Source: Euprymna scolopes (Eukaryota). Taken from it: a DNA stretch of 64,000 nucleotides. The notes below the pieces were generated by a model. It was given only the letters and a program-made list of their open reading frames with translations, had not been told where the DNA came from and did no database searches. The stretch lies in assembly GCA_053919585.1 (NCBI GenBank), contig CM132786.1. The stretch is one strand, 5' to 3'. Of this stretch, positions 1 to 11,099 are shown piece by piece. Positions within the stretch are counted from its first letter, which is position 1. Each line of letters starts with the position of its first letter. The position numbers were made by a program, and so were the translations under genes.

Positions 1-619
1 GGATAGAGATTATATATTACTTGGAATAATTTTCTCGGTGGACTAATTCGCTAAATATTTTTAAAAAATAATGATAATGTCGTTCATCGAATTTCGTCTG
101 TGTTTGTTTACAATATAACGTCAGCTGATATTTGGTCTTGGCGATGAATGCTCTAGAAAAGTCACTTCTGATTAATGTTTAGTTCTAAAACATGCAAACG
201 AAGAAATGATTTGCGGCGATTTGATCTTCTTTTATTGTAAATTGAATTCATAATAATAAGAAGAAAAATAAAATAATGGAGACCACTCGGGCTTGAACAC
301 GGGATCATTCAATCTGTAGTCAAATGCTCTACAACTGAGCTATATCCCCAGAATACTTTCTGTTGATAAGAAACAATTGCTAACATTGCGTTATCTCCCT
401 TGCCGGTGTGACTTTAAAAAAATCACCTGCAAAGGTTATTCTTTTCTATTTAAAAATATTTTTTTAGGATCGGATTTTTTGATTTTCGATACTTATCCGG
501 TGAATTTCTGAAAAAAAAAGAACATATGTAAGAACACTGCCAGACATATAAAATTCATTTTGTGTGAAATTTACAATAGATAGGCACAGCCGTTCGGAAA
601 CCTATGAGGAACGGACTTA
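1..619 (-). mobile_element. Non-autonomous Helitron-like element (3' end lies left of the window), carries a tRNA-Cys-like segment
   Basis: Reverse complement of 47180-47840 over most of its length; that copy ends in a Helitron-type hairpin. Positions 480-619 match the 5' module of other copies (e.g. 55060-55140). Confidence 0.7.
277..349 (-). pseudogene. tRNA-Cys-derived pseudogene (anticodon ACA) embedded in Helitron
   Basis: Minus strand reads GGGGATATAGCTCAGTTGTAGAGCATTTGACTACAGATTGAATGATCCCGTGTTCAAGCCCGAGTGGTCTCCA, close to eukaryotic tRNA-Cys(GCA); T-stem and acceptor stem are disrupted. Confidence 0.8.
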
Positions 620-1534
620 NNNNNNNNNNNNNNNNNNNNNNNNNNNNNNNNNNNNNNNNNNNNNNNNNNNNNNNNNNNNNNNNNNNNNNNNNNNNNNNNN
701 NNNNNNNNNNNNNNNNNNNNNNNNNNNNNNNNNNNNNNNNNNNNNNNNNNNNNNNNNNNNNNNNNNNNNNNNNNNNNNNNNNNGGCTGAAACCTAAAAAT
801 AATTGAGTGACTCGCAATCTTGTCCCCATAATTGGAGTTTGAATCCACCCACGTCCCTCAATTTATTTCACACGTCTTACCAATAAGGAAATTGGTCCAA
901 TAAACGAAGTTATTGACTCGCTTCCATATGTGTGGATAATGATTTAAGTCGACAACACAGCTCGTCTTATACACCAAATGCTTTAGGCCTTTAACTCACA
1001 TGGTTTGTATCTAACTTTATTTTGCTCGTGTCCGCAAGAATTATTCACTTCTTTTCAACTATCAAGTCAACTGGACATTTCAAACTAAAGCACACATANN
1101 NNNNNNNNNNNNNNNNNNNNNNNNNNNNNNNNNNNNNNNNNNNNNNNNNNNNNNNNNNNNNNNNNNNNNNNNNNNNNNNNNNNNNNNNNNNNNNNNNNNN
1201 NNNNNNNNNNNNNNNNNNNNNNNNNNNNNNNNNNNNNNNNNNNNNNNNNNNNNNNNNNNNNNNNNNNNNNNNNNNNNNNNNNNNNNNTGCAACTCCATTA
1301 AATAAGAACATTATTATCTCTAATTTTGTATCCATCGTTCGAAAAATAGATGNNNNNNNNNNNNNNNNNNNNNNNNNNNNNNNNNNNNNNNNNNNNNNNN
1401 NNNNNNNNNNNNNNNNNNNNNNNNNNNNNNNNNNNNNNNNNNNNNNNNNNNNNNNNNNNNNNNNNNNNNNNNNNNNNNNNNNNNNNNNNNNNNNNNNNNN
1501 NNNNNNNNNNNNNNNNNNNNNNNNNNNNNNNNTG

Positions 1535-1720
1535 ACAGACTAGCGATACCCACGTGTTACAGGAGGTGCTCAATCTCCAACCTCTCCGGGGTCGGCATTG
1601 TTAAATACCAGTGGCGACTCGAAACAAATGCCGATAAACGGAGAGCACGCCTAGAATTCCCAAATGATCACCCATCTGGTACTAACCAGGCTCAACGTTG
1701 CTCAACGATGCTTAAGCGTT
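1535..1720 (-). mobile_element. 5S rRNA-derived SINE copy (SINE3-like)
   Basis: Minus strand has AGCAACGTTGAGCCTGGTTAGTACCAGATGGGTGATCATTTGGGAATTC (5S 3' half), followed by the body shared with copies at 28000 and 42571. Confidence 0.7.
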
Positions 1721-2236
1721 TGGTACAGTGGTAATATCATCAACTTTGAAAGCTACAGTTTTTTCTTTCGGTTTCGATTTTAGCTGATGGCACCTACATA
1801 TTTTTTTAAAACTTTTGAAATCACGACTGTATCATAATATATACGAGATCTGGATAAATTAAAACATTATATTTAAGCGTATTTTACGACCGCTCTGCTA
1901 GTATCCTCTAAAATACATGTGTATAACATAGTGAGTTTAATATCACGATAGGGATTTCATGATTCATAAACGGGGAACACAGATTGCTTGATAAATCAGC
2001 TGAATTTAATGCAATGTATCGAAAGTCACTTTCGATGAGAACAAAAGTGGCGTAGCTTGGGAAGTAGTACCGTTAACAGTCACGTATAGTGAATTTTAAT
2101 TATTCAACGGTTAGAAATTAGATCGAGGATAACTTCTGCTTGGACTCATCTCTTCTTCTTCTATTCTTCTTCTTCTATCTATCTTCTTCTATCTTCTTCT
2201 TTTCTCTTCTCTTTTCTTCTTCTTCTCTATCTCTTC

Positions 2237-2914
2237 TCTATTCTATATAAATAAAATGAACTCATTTTTTCACGTCTGATTTTGACATTAATAGGATTAA
2301 AAATCAAGATATTTCATGCAAATATAATATGCACAAACGGCAGAACAATATCTGAGGTGTGTTATAGGCTTATTATTTCTCAAATTCCTCGATAATCTTA
2401 GATTTCTATACTTTTTCTGCTGAGAAGTCACGGCCAAAATCGGTTAAGATCAATGGAAGTGGTAAAATATTTTCTCTCTAATAAATTCCTCCTCCCCCTG
2501 CCACCACTTAACACCGTTTGGGGATCGTTCACAAGGAACAGTTGAGAAGAGAACACCGGTTTGGCTTCGTAGTTCTTTCATGTGAAGTTATTTAAAATCA
2601 TTAAACTAAGCTGCAGTGCTCTGTGGCGTAGTGGTTAGCGTGCTGGACAATTCACATTATATTTTCACGTTCGCGCCGACCTACCGTAGTCGTTTTTTTT
2701 TTTTCCTAAACAACTGGAATGGACTTTTCTTGGTGGCCGAACTGTTAACGTTGCAGATGTTTTTTTTTTGTTTTTTTTTCACACTTTATTTTCCTACTTT
2801 TACTCATGACTCCGGGTTTGATCCTTCCTACTTACCTACCATAACATTTTTTAAAACTCCCCCCCCCCCCGTCCCGGAAACAAACACTCGGGCAACGCCG
2901 GGTACCCCCGCTAG
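2237..2914 (+). mobile_element. Non-autonomous Helitron with internal tRNA A-box fragment
   Basis: 5' TCTATTCTATATAAATAAAATG; 3' hairpin CTCGGGCAACGCCGGG then CTAG|T at 2911-2915; GCTCTGTGGCGTAGTGGTTAGCG near 2618-2640. Confidence 0.7.
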
Positions 2915-3849
2915 TATTAGATAAAATATCTGGAGAATTGTTGAACATTCATCACGGATCTTGATAGCTGCATATGATATATGTTGTTTTTTTATTTTTT
3001 GATATTCCAATTGTGTAAAGTGTTTTAAGATATGCAAGCATACATGAATTAATATTGATGTTCAGTTCTTGATTACAGAGATTTGGGGGATGTGTTGTGC
3101 TAAAATGTTTCTTTTAGATAGTAAGATATAACCAAACAACGAATCCATCTACGTTAACGATCGCGTGCACCTGCTATGATGTTATTTATTGTTTTACGAA
3201 GCGAACAGGATCTTTTCTTAATCAGCATATTTTTTGTTTTTCTGCTGATTACATATAGCGTGTGCTTCGTACGCAAATTATTTCAAAGAAAAATACAGTA
3301 AATATATAAAAGTCGATTAAATAGATTGTTTTCCGCATATCTTCTTTTTACAAAATAAGGTATGCAAATAATAGCTTTTACTATTGACACACTAGGAGTG
3401 TGTACGCGCAAAGAAGGCAATAGTTGTTATACTGAAGATACGTTAATTCAATCAGAAAGATAAGCGATGTAAATAATAAATCTCAATTAAGCGCCATATT
3501 AATCGATATCCATATTAATATACTTTATGGAGGTAGCTCCTTACTACCAACAATACTCTGCTATAGTATATGTTTCTTTATGCTTTGTTTTAGCTTCTTG
3601 TCTAGACGTTGCTTAAGAATCTGTCTTTTTTTGATTCTACCGTATTAAATCATATATTTTAAATTAGGTTTTGAAAGTTAAATTTTATTACTAGTGTATT
3701 AATTAGCAATTATGTATACATTAAATTACTAACCGACGGAATTCTTTTAGAAAATTTAGAGAATTTAATTAATAGTATACTAGCTGTTTAGTCGGATATT
3801 TATAAGTTTGCTTGTTGTAAACGTTTCATCTTTAAATACATTCGGATGT

Positions 3850-4108
3850 GCTAATGTTTAAGATATCTCCACAAGAAAAAAGTTGAGCTAACTCTTACAT
3901 GAAAATGCCGTCGACAAGCTCTTTGAGTCCAAACAATTGATTTCTGGTAAAACAATTTCACAACTTGCGTACGTTGTTCAATGCTATACTTATTCATTAT
4001 TAAATTCAAAAATGTTATCTGTAAAATATCTGAAATAAAGAAAAACATAATCATTAATAGTAAAATAACAAAGATTTTCAACCCTTCAGTGCCTTTTTGG
4101 ACATCCTG
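3850..4108 (-). mobile_element. Internally deleted Tc1/mariner-superfamily (rosa/DD41D-like) fragment
   Basis: N-terminal HTH-like MNKYSIEQRTQVVKLFY..TQRACRRHF fused to FFLWRYLK (cf. DFFLWGYLK); TIR ends GGACATCCTG|TA; related to 7573-8389 and 8560-8700. Confidence 0.6.
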
Positions 4109-4278
4109 TATATTGTATCAATTAGTAATTATGTATGAATTAAATTAATAACTGAACGAATTCTATATTATTTTAATTGGAATGCATTATTGAGATGAGT
4201 ATTATTTATATTAATTTATTTATTGCGGACTATTATTCTCATCTTTATTAATTGTTGTTTCGCGACGTTAATCTAATC

Positions 4279-4320
4279 CACCTGACGAAGGCCAGAGCAA
4301 TAGTTGGCCGAAACGTCGTG
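4279..4320 (+). ncRNA. Minimal type I hammerhead ribozyme
   Basis: CAC-CTGACGA-a-GGCCA(gagcaatagt)TGGCC-GAAA-CG-TC-GTG; predicted cleavage after C4317. Confidence 0.75.
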
Positions 4321-4508
4321 AAACAACAACTAATAAAGATGAGAATAATAGTCCGCAATACATAAATTAATATAAATAATATACTCAATAATAAATTCCA
4401 ATTAAAATAATATATATACCAATCGGTACAGACCCGACCATGGAAGATCAGATAATAAATAAACGTGGATTTATAAGATAAAAAAAATCCAACCTGGATC
4501 GCCCTTCA

Positions 4509-4598
4509 GAGCCCGTGGCGCAGTTGATAGAGACGTTGAATCTCTACGGTTCCAGATGAGCATTGCCTGAAGATAGCGGTTTCAATCCTACCCAAAGC
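4509..4598 (+). pseudogene. tRNA-derived Pol III promoter-like segment
   Basis: A-box-like GTGGCGCAGTTG and B-box-like GGTTTCAATCC (4578-4588); no intact cloverleaf. Confidence 0.5.
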
Positions 4599-4707
4599 CG
4601 GCCAGAGGCTTACTTGGTCAAAACGTGGTGAGACGACAACAACTACGGATGGCAGTGATTGCTGGGAATGCAGTTAGGAGATTCGAAGTTCCGATCCGTC
4701 GCGGTTA

Positions 4708-4751
4708 TCACCTGACGAAGGCCAGACGAATAGTTGGCCGAAACATCGTGA
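4708..4751 (+). ncRNA. Minimal type I hammerhead ribozyme (second copy)
   Basis: TCAC-CTGACGA-a-GGCCA(gacgaatagt)TGGCC-GAAA-CA-TC-GTGA; predicted cleavage after C4747. Confidence 0.7.
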
Positions 4752-5154
4752 AACAACAACTAATAAAGATGAGAATAATAGTCTGACATAAATAAATTAA
4801 TATGAACGAATTCTGTTAGAAAAATTTTCAAATTTAATTATTAGAATACCAATCGTCTTGACATTTATTTAAAAATGTAGTTGTTGTAAAAACCGTATTA
4901 AACGTTTAGTCTTTAAATACATTCGAATGTACTTAATAATTTAATGGCCGAAATAACGTTTCATTTGATGATTAAAATCTTTTCAAAATATTTTTTATTT
5001 AAATTTCGAAAGTACACAAACGTACTGATATCTTTTAACTCTAAATAATATATTGAAATGGGTGAACTGTGTAGCATAAGAAAAAAATTCATTCAGATTT
5101 ATGAAATTTTGTAAAAAAAAATAAATAAAAGACTATTGTTTAACACAATGCTAA

Positions 5155-5205
5155 AAGCTACACTGAATATTCCGCGTTTCATTCATTCTAGGATTCTTCA
5201 GGCTT
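5155..5205 (-). ncRNA. Type I hammerhead ribozyme (one stem II mismatch)
   Basis: AAGC-CTGAAGA-ATCC(tagaat)GAAT-GAAA-CGCggaatattcaGTG-TA-GCTT. Confidence 0.6.
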
Positions 5206-5565
5206 ATGCGCCGAGAGTCCTAGAGTGGATGAAACGCGGAATATTCAGTGTAGCTTAATCGCCATATATATTTTATAACTTACTAACTAGCTCTACCTAC
5301 ATATTGAGCACTTTTGAAGTAAATACATAAAGTTTACGCATAAATTTATACTTTTGTATATTAATTTTATGTGNNNNNNNNNNNNNNNNNNNNNNNNNNN
5401 NNNNNNNNNNNNNNNNNNNNNNNNNNNNNNNNNNNNNNNNNNNNNNNNNNNNNNNNNNNNNNNNNNNNNNNNNNNNNNNNNNNNNNNNNNNNNNNNNNNN
5501 NNNNNNNNNNNNNNNNNNNNNNNNNNNNNNNNNNNNNNNNNNNNNNNNNNNNNNNNNNNNGGCGA

Positions 5566-5619
5566 TTAAGTTACACTGAATATTCCGCGTTTCATCCACT
5601 CTAGGACTCTTCAGGATTA
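5566..5619 (-). ncRNA. Type I hammerhead ribozyme (stem I damaged)
   Basis: Core CTGAAGA-GTCC(tagagt)GGAT-GAAA-CGC..GTG-TA is intact; stem I TAATC/ACTTA is mismatched. Confidence 0.5.
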
Positions 5620-5623
5620 TGCA

Positions 5624-5676
5624 TAAGCCTGAAGAGTCCTAGAGTGGATGAAACGCTTAATATTCAGTGTAGCTTA
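5624..5676 (+). ncRNA. Type I hammerhead ribozyme, canonical
   Basis: TAAGC-CTGAAGA-GTCC(tagagt)GGAT-GAAA-CGCttaatattcaGTG-TA-GCTTA; all three stems pair; GTA cleavage triplet. Confidence 0.8.
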
Positions 5677-5807
5677 ATCACCATATATATTTTATAAATT
5701 ACTAACTAGCTCTACCTATGTATTGAGCACTTTTGAAGTAAATACTTAAAGTTTACGCATAAATCTATACTTTCGTATATTAATTTTATGTGAGTAAATT
5801 AAGTAGT

Positions 5808-5808
<1 letters not shown>

Positions 5809-5889
<81 letters not shown>

Positions 5890-6074
5890 TGCATTTATAT
5901 GACCAATGTCAATATAAGCCCAAGATTTTCGAGACCAAGACACTTGAAAAGCTAATTACATGTTCAAAAAAAAAGACAATTAAACTATTGTTCTGGTGAT
6001 TTTATCTTTATATGATAAAAAATATAAAAATGAAATGTTCTTTTATGTAGTTTTAAAAAACTTCCAAGACTATA

Positions 6075-6152
<78 letters not shown>
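5809..6152. repeat. (TA)n microsatellites; more than 20 similar tracts across the window, plus (GA)n, (CA)n, (GATA)n and (TTA)n
   Basis: Direct reading; these produce the IYIYIY ORFs. Confidence 0.95.
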
Positions 6153-6156
<4 letters not shown>

Positions 6157-6158
6157 TG

Positions 6159-6820
6159 CCAGCAGGGAGACCTGACGTTACTCGGGAATAGATCAAGGAA
6201 TTCCACAATTCCAATCTTTTCATTGTTATCGAAATCGGTGAAATCACCTATCTTTCAATCAAATCGATTAATAGTTTGCTCGAGATGGATGCTCATCATG
6301 GGGCACCAGGGTAAAGCTGCACATATCTTCCCGCAGCGACTTAGCCTACATTGCACTGTAGAGAACCTACTCTTGAGCTTATAACATTTTTTTATGGTTT
6401 CATGTAACATTAAAAATGCAAAGTTAAGTATCATGGTTCAATTGTGTTCTAAACAAAAACATTGGGTTTTTTTTTATTAAAAATAAATTACTGTTAATTT
6501 TATACTCGGAACCCTTCTGTTAATTAGGTAATAAAATTTCTCGAATGCACTTGTCATGTTAGGCTGCACAAATAATTTGGACTGTTTCTCCTTTAATCGG
6601 ATTTTTTCGATTTTCGATTTTCGATACTTATCAAAGGCATTACAGTACAACACCCATCTAAAAACACCCCCAGTCACATAAAGTACATTTGTGTAAAATT
6701 TCAGAAAAACAATTTAGCAATTTCGGGGTCCATAAGTGATGAACTCACATACAGAGACACGCACGCACACACACACATACACACACATACACACACACAC
6801 ACATACAAAGTGTCTTTACA
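6159..6820 (-). mobile_element. Non-autonomous Helitron
   Basis: 3' end (C)CAGCAGGGAGACCTGACGTTACTCGGG; internal blocks are reverse complements of 55020-55604 and 26890-27570. Confidence 0.65.
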
Positions 6821-7572
6821 GTGATATAACTGCGTATTTTTTATATATTCATGTTATGCTGAGTTTGCTAGTTAGCCAATCAGATTCGTTCATATTCATA
6901 AATACATTAATGACAGCCAGTAGTTGCGCGCATATCAAGCAGATGTTTACTTGACCTGTAATTCACTATTTTATTTGTTCGTAATGAGAGATGATATAGC
7001 CATTTTCTAACAAGAAAGTTACCTAGTTTTAATCTGAATGTGTTCAGATATGTTCGATCATATTTTATTCATTGCAGTTTGTTTATTTGTATGTCTATTA
7101 ATTATAATTTTATAATTGTAATTAGATTATAATATTTTTGTTCTAATTAGATTATAGTATTTTTATTGTAGTATTATTTATTTTTTTATTCAATAATGTT
7201 TTATTCTATTTATTTTTCATTAATGTGTTTTATTAATGAAACAAATACTGAAAATAGATGCATAAAATTTTATGTGGATACATAATATAATAATACCGAT
7301 GTACACACATATATGTGTGTGTGTGTGTGTGTGTTATACAATGCTTTCTTTTAAAATGACTAAGTAAACGAATTTATTTAGAAAATTTATCAAATATGAT
7401 TAATATATTCATCGTGGTTCAGGTAATGTTCCTATTTACTTGCCTCCCCACGAGGGTAGAGTATGTGCTAAATATTTTAATAGAATATTTTCTTTTTCAT
7501 TCTATCATTAAAATTCTTTAAAAGACCTATTAAATTATAAAAGTCCACGAAGTTTCAACTATAAACAACATA

Positions 7573-8389
7573 CAGGGTGTTCAAAAAGTCACTGAAGTGT
7601 TTTGAACGTAAATAGATTCTTTATTTTTGAAGATATCATTCTGTAATTTTAACCCAATCTTACGAAGATATGGGGAAATTTCAAAACGTGCAAAATGCAA
7701 ATAATCTTTATTCATGAAAAATAATGTACAGGGTGGGTCACAAGTCACGCACCAAAGAATTAAGTGATGTGAGATTGTCAAATCTGCGGGGCAAAATATA
7801 TTTTATTTTCTTTGGGTATGAGATACATCTTCTTTTATGATTGTATCAGTGTGTTCAACGTGCTTTTTCAGTTTATTGATTAAGTTTGGTTTTAATAAAT
7901 AACATTTATTACCATCAGACTTATTTAAAATCCTTTGGTGCGCGACTTATGACACACCCTATACTTTAAATGTTGCTCATTTTTGCTTCGCATATTTGTG
8001 CATTTCCAAAATATTCTTCATGACAAATTGCAGAATCTTTGCATTGCGATTTTGCTTCTTTTATTTCGTTCCTGATGTTTTCCTTCAATACTCGCAGATT
8101 TTGTGGTTGGTAGACATAAACTCCTTCTTTAAGATATCCCTACAAATAAAAGTCGGGCTATCTCTTACATGAAAATGCCGTCGATAAGCTATTTGAGTCA
8201 TAACAATTGCCCCCCCTTGATTTTGGTAAAACATTTTAACACTTGCGTACGTTTTTTAATGCTATACTTATTCAGTATTAATTCCCAAAACATTATCTTT
8301 AAAATATCTGAAATAAAGAAAAATATAATCATTAATAGTAAAGTGACAAATATAATCATTAATAGTAAAGTGACTTTTTGGACAGCCCG
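7573..8389 (-). mobile_element. Deleted rosa/DD41D-like Tc1/mariner element
   Basis: TA|CAGGGTGTTCAAAAAGTCAC ... GTGACTTTTTGGACAGCCCG|TA; minus strand encodes PDFYL*GYLKEGVYVYQPQNL near 8060-8158. Confidence 0.7.
7729..7961. mobile_element. Tc1/mariner MITE nested in 7573-8389
   Basis: TIRs CAGGGTGGGTCACAAGTCACGCACCAAAG / CTTTGGTGCGCGACTTATGACACACCCT; TA flanks; second copy at 51195-51426. Confidence 0.85.
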
Positions 8390-9108
8390 TATATCGTATC
8401 AATTAGTAATTATGTATAAATTAAATCGCTAACTGAACGAATTCTGTTATAAAACTTTTCAAATTTGTTTAGTACGATACTAATCGTCTAGCCAGATATT
8501 TATCCGTTTGGTTGCTGTAAAAATCCTATTAAACGTTTCATCTTTAAATGCATTCGGATGTGCTAATGTTTAAAATATCTCCATAAGAAAAAAGTTGAGC
8601 TAACTCTTACATGAAAATGCCGTCGACAAGCTCTTTGAGATCACACAATAGATTTCTGGTAAAACAATTTCACAATTTGCGTACGTTGTTTAATGCTAAT
8701 TAGTAAAAATAACGTTTCATTCGATGATTTAAATTCTTTCAAAATCGTTTGTTAAATTTCGAAACTACATGAACGTAATTATATATTTCAACTATAAATA
8801 ATATATTGAAATAGCTGAATTGTGTAGCATAAGACACAATTTCATTCTGATTTATGTAAATTTGTAAAAAAAAAAGCATATTGTTTAATAATATGTTAAA
8901 TGTCTCTTTTAATTAACAATAGTGCATTCCGAATTCAATAAATGCACTTTGAATTCTATAAATATACGATTTATAGTAAAAGTTTCAATAGTAATACTAA
9001 AATTGCTTATTTGATAATTTAGAAACCGAAAGTGTTTAGATGGTGTTTATTTATTTTGTAAATAAAATGTTTGTTTGTTTGTTTGTTTTTTCAATATTAT
9101 TTTCAATA

Positions 9109-9317
9109 CAGGGTGTTCCAAAAGTCTTGGGCACATTTTGACATTGAATATCTCTAGAACTAAAAAACACATCTGGTATATCTGGTATATTTTGGTATAG
9201 CCTTACAAAAAACTTAATGCATTTAGCTTTAAAATGGCACCGCTTTGATCTTACTACCATTCACAATTAAGCAGATATACGGACTTGGAATGTGCCCAAG
9301 ACTTTTGGAACACCCTG
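9109..9317. mobile_element. Tc1/mariner MITE
   Basis: Perfect TIR CAGGGTGTTCCAAAAGTCTTGGGCACATT; TA TSD. Confidence 0.9.
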
Positions 9318-9543
9318 TATTATGAACGGTCAAAATTACTAAACTTATGTTGTTGGTTTAAGTTATGTTGTGAAATTATAAATGCAATTATATATATAGC
9401 TGACCTGATTTAATTTTATAATTTGTAAAAAAAACAAAAAAAACAGTCGTATTATTTGGGTTCATCTCATCTTGAAAGTCATTTTCACACATCTCCTACA
9501 GGTGTATAGAGAATGGGGACGACTGATGAGTCAGGTCATCCGG

Positions 9544-9740
9544 TATTATAAATAAGGCTATGACAACAGCATATTCTTTTCCCTGTTTGGAGTCTCAGGT
9601 ATATATCCATTGATATCTTATGTTTTTATGTACAGTGATGTGGTTCTAGGTTGATTAATTGTGTCTAACTACGTCGGATATATACTCAAGAATCAAGACA
9701 ATGAAAAGAATATGCTGCTGTCACCGTCCTAGTTATAAAT
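9544..9740. repeat. Foldback repeat, related to 38270-38390
   Basis: TGACAACAGCATATTCTTTT inverted against AAAAGAATATGCTGCTGTCA; the pieces recur near 38270-38390. Confidence 0.5.
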
Positions 9741-10079
9741 ATAGCGCTTTTAAGATCACTTTATATGGCGCTACGAACAAGGTTTATTTTTACAGGATTA
9801 TTTTTTTCTTACTGAAATTCGAATAGTAATAGCGTCAGGAAATCGGGATGACGAACATTACTTTCAACTAATTCATCAGTTGATAAATTTACAGAAATAA
9901 AATAACGAGCTTCGCGTTGGCAGGACAAATGTGTCGAACCGGTCCCACATTAAAAACCTGGACAGATCTGTGATCGAGCTTGGTTACACCGACAGGAATT
10001 ATTCATCGACACATCGACTCGATACAAACAAATGTGCAGTTTAACTGACCTTGTGGAATTGTTGGTTTGTTTGTTTTTG

Positions 10080-10330
10080 TTTTACAGCATATCAACCCTT
10101 TTAATGCCGAATTCAGTGATTTTGAAGAACAATTATTTAATAGAGTATATTTGTTTTTTTTTTTAAGTCGGTTTCTATTTAACCCATAGTTGGGACCCTA
10201 ACAGGTACTACCATTCCGGGTCAGAGTGGACCTGGGAGCAATGGCAATTAAAGGGTGGCTCCATACTCCCCAAAGCCCGCAAGCTGGGGCCTCACCATCG
10301 GGTATAGTTTAAGGTCATATCCAGGACCTG
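10080..10330. repeat. Interspersed SINE-like repeat resembling an abundant octopod repeat
   Basis: GGGACCCTAACAGGTACTACCATTCCGGGTCAGAGTGGACCTGGGAGCAATGGCAAT..., recognised from memory only; single copy in this window. Confidence 0.4.
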
Positions 10331-10339
10331 ACCCTGTGG

Positions 10340-10944
10340 AAATACGCAACAAGAACGGCTTGTTCGAACGAAGTAAACAGACTTCTGTTCAACATAGCAG
10401 GTCCCGAAGCTCTCAATATAGCCACGAAAGAACAGCTCCTACAGCATATATGACTCATTGCTGTGAAAGGTCTAGATCAAGAGGTGCATAGACCCAATAC
10501 GAAACATCACAAAGGAGAGTGTTCCGCACAGTTTTTGTAATTTTATTATCATGTTCTTACGAAAGCTATTCGAAGAACATGGTGGTAGGCCAACTTGTCG
10601 GTGGACTTACAAATACAGAATATCAGTACGAGCTGTTGGCCGAAGCCAATATTTTAACGAAAATGGAACAGAAATTTGGTACACTGGTTAGTCTAGAGAC
10701 AATGGATACGTCGACTCAACATTTGCAAAGCAGCCTAAATGATCATTCGACGTTTGGCTCAATTAGGTCCGAAAAGAAAACCGTTTCTGGAAGACGAAAT
10801 ACCCAGAACCCCTTATATAAACTATGTGACAGGTGTGGGAGGACACCACACGTCAACAGGCTAAAAGGACGGAAGAACTGTCCAATGAGGGAACTACACT
10901 GCTATAATTGTGGAATTACTGGACAACGCAATATCCCTATCTAA
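10340..10944 (+). pseudogene. Gypsy-type gag remnant with zinc knuckles
   Basis: ORF 10519-10944 has QLVGGL..EYQYELLAE and CDRCGRTPH..CPMRELHCYNCGITG. Confidence 0.65.
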
Positions 10945-11099
10945 TCCTCCTCCTCTGCTACTAAGTATTTTTTACTTTGCGAATTATGATATGAGGTAAT
11001 AAAGTTATGCGTTGAACATACTGTTATATTATTGTTTAATATACTGTTAAATGTTGTTGCTTTTTATTATTTTACGCTAGTGTCCTTGTGTAGTTCGAA

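Larger units (their letters stand above)
4165..4802 (+). mobile_element. Non-autonomous Penelope-type / retrozyme-like insertion with two hammerheads and a tRNA-like segment
   Basis: TSD TGAACGAATTCT (4153-4164 and 4803-4814), single at the empty paralogous site near 8434. Arm 4165-4268 is the inverse of about 4312-4413; direct repeat 4279-4375 / 4708-4802. Confidence 0.8.
5155..5800. repeat. Tandem ~410-bp repeat, each unit a palindrome of two divergent hammerheads plus an AT-rich tail
   Basis: 5155-5373 is nearly identical to 5568-5793; palindrome centres near 5207 and 5620. Confidence 0.8.

Noticed and set aside
277-349. Functional tRNA-Cys(ACA) gene
   Set aside because: T-stem and acceptor stem do not pair, and it lies inside a repeat.
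555-1573. ORFs made of X residues (also near 5300, 44900, 47000-48250, 49160, 51000, 53470)
   Set aside because: They are open only because of N-runs.
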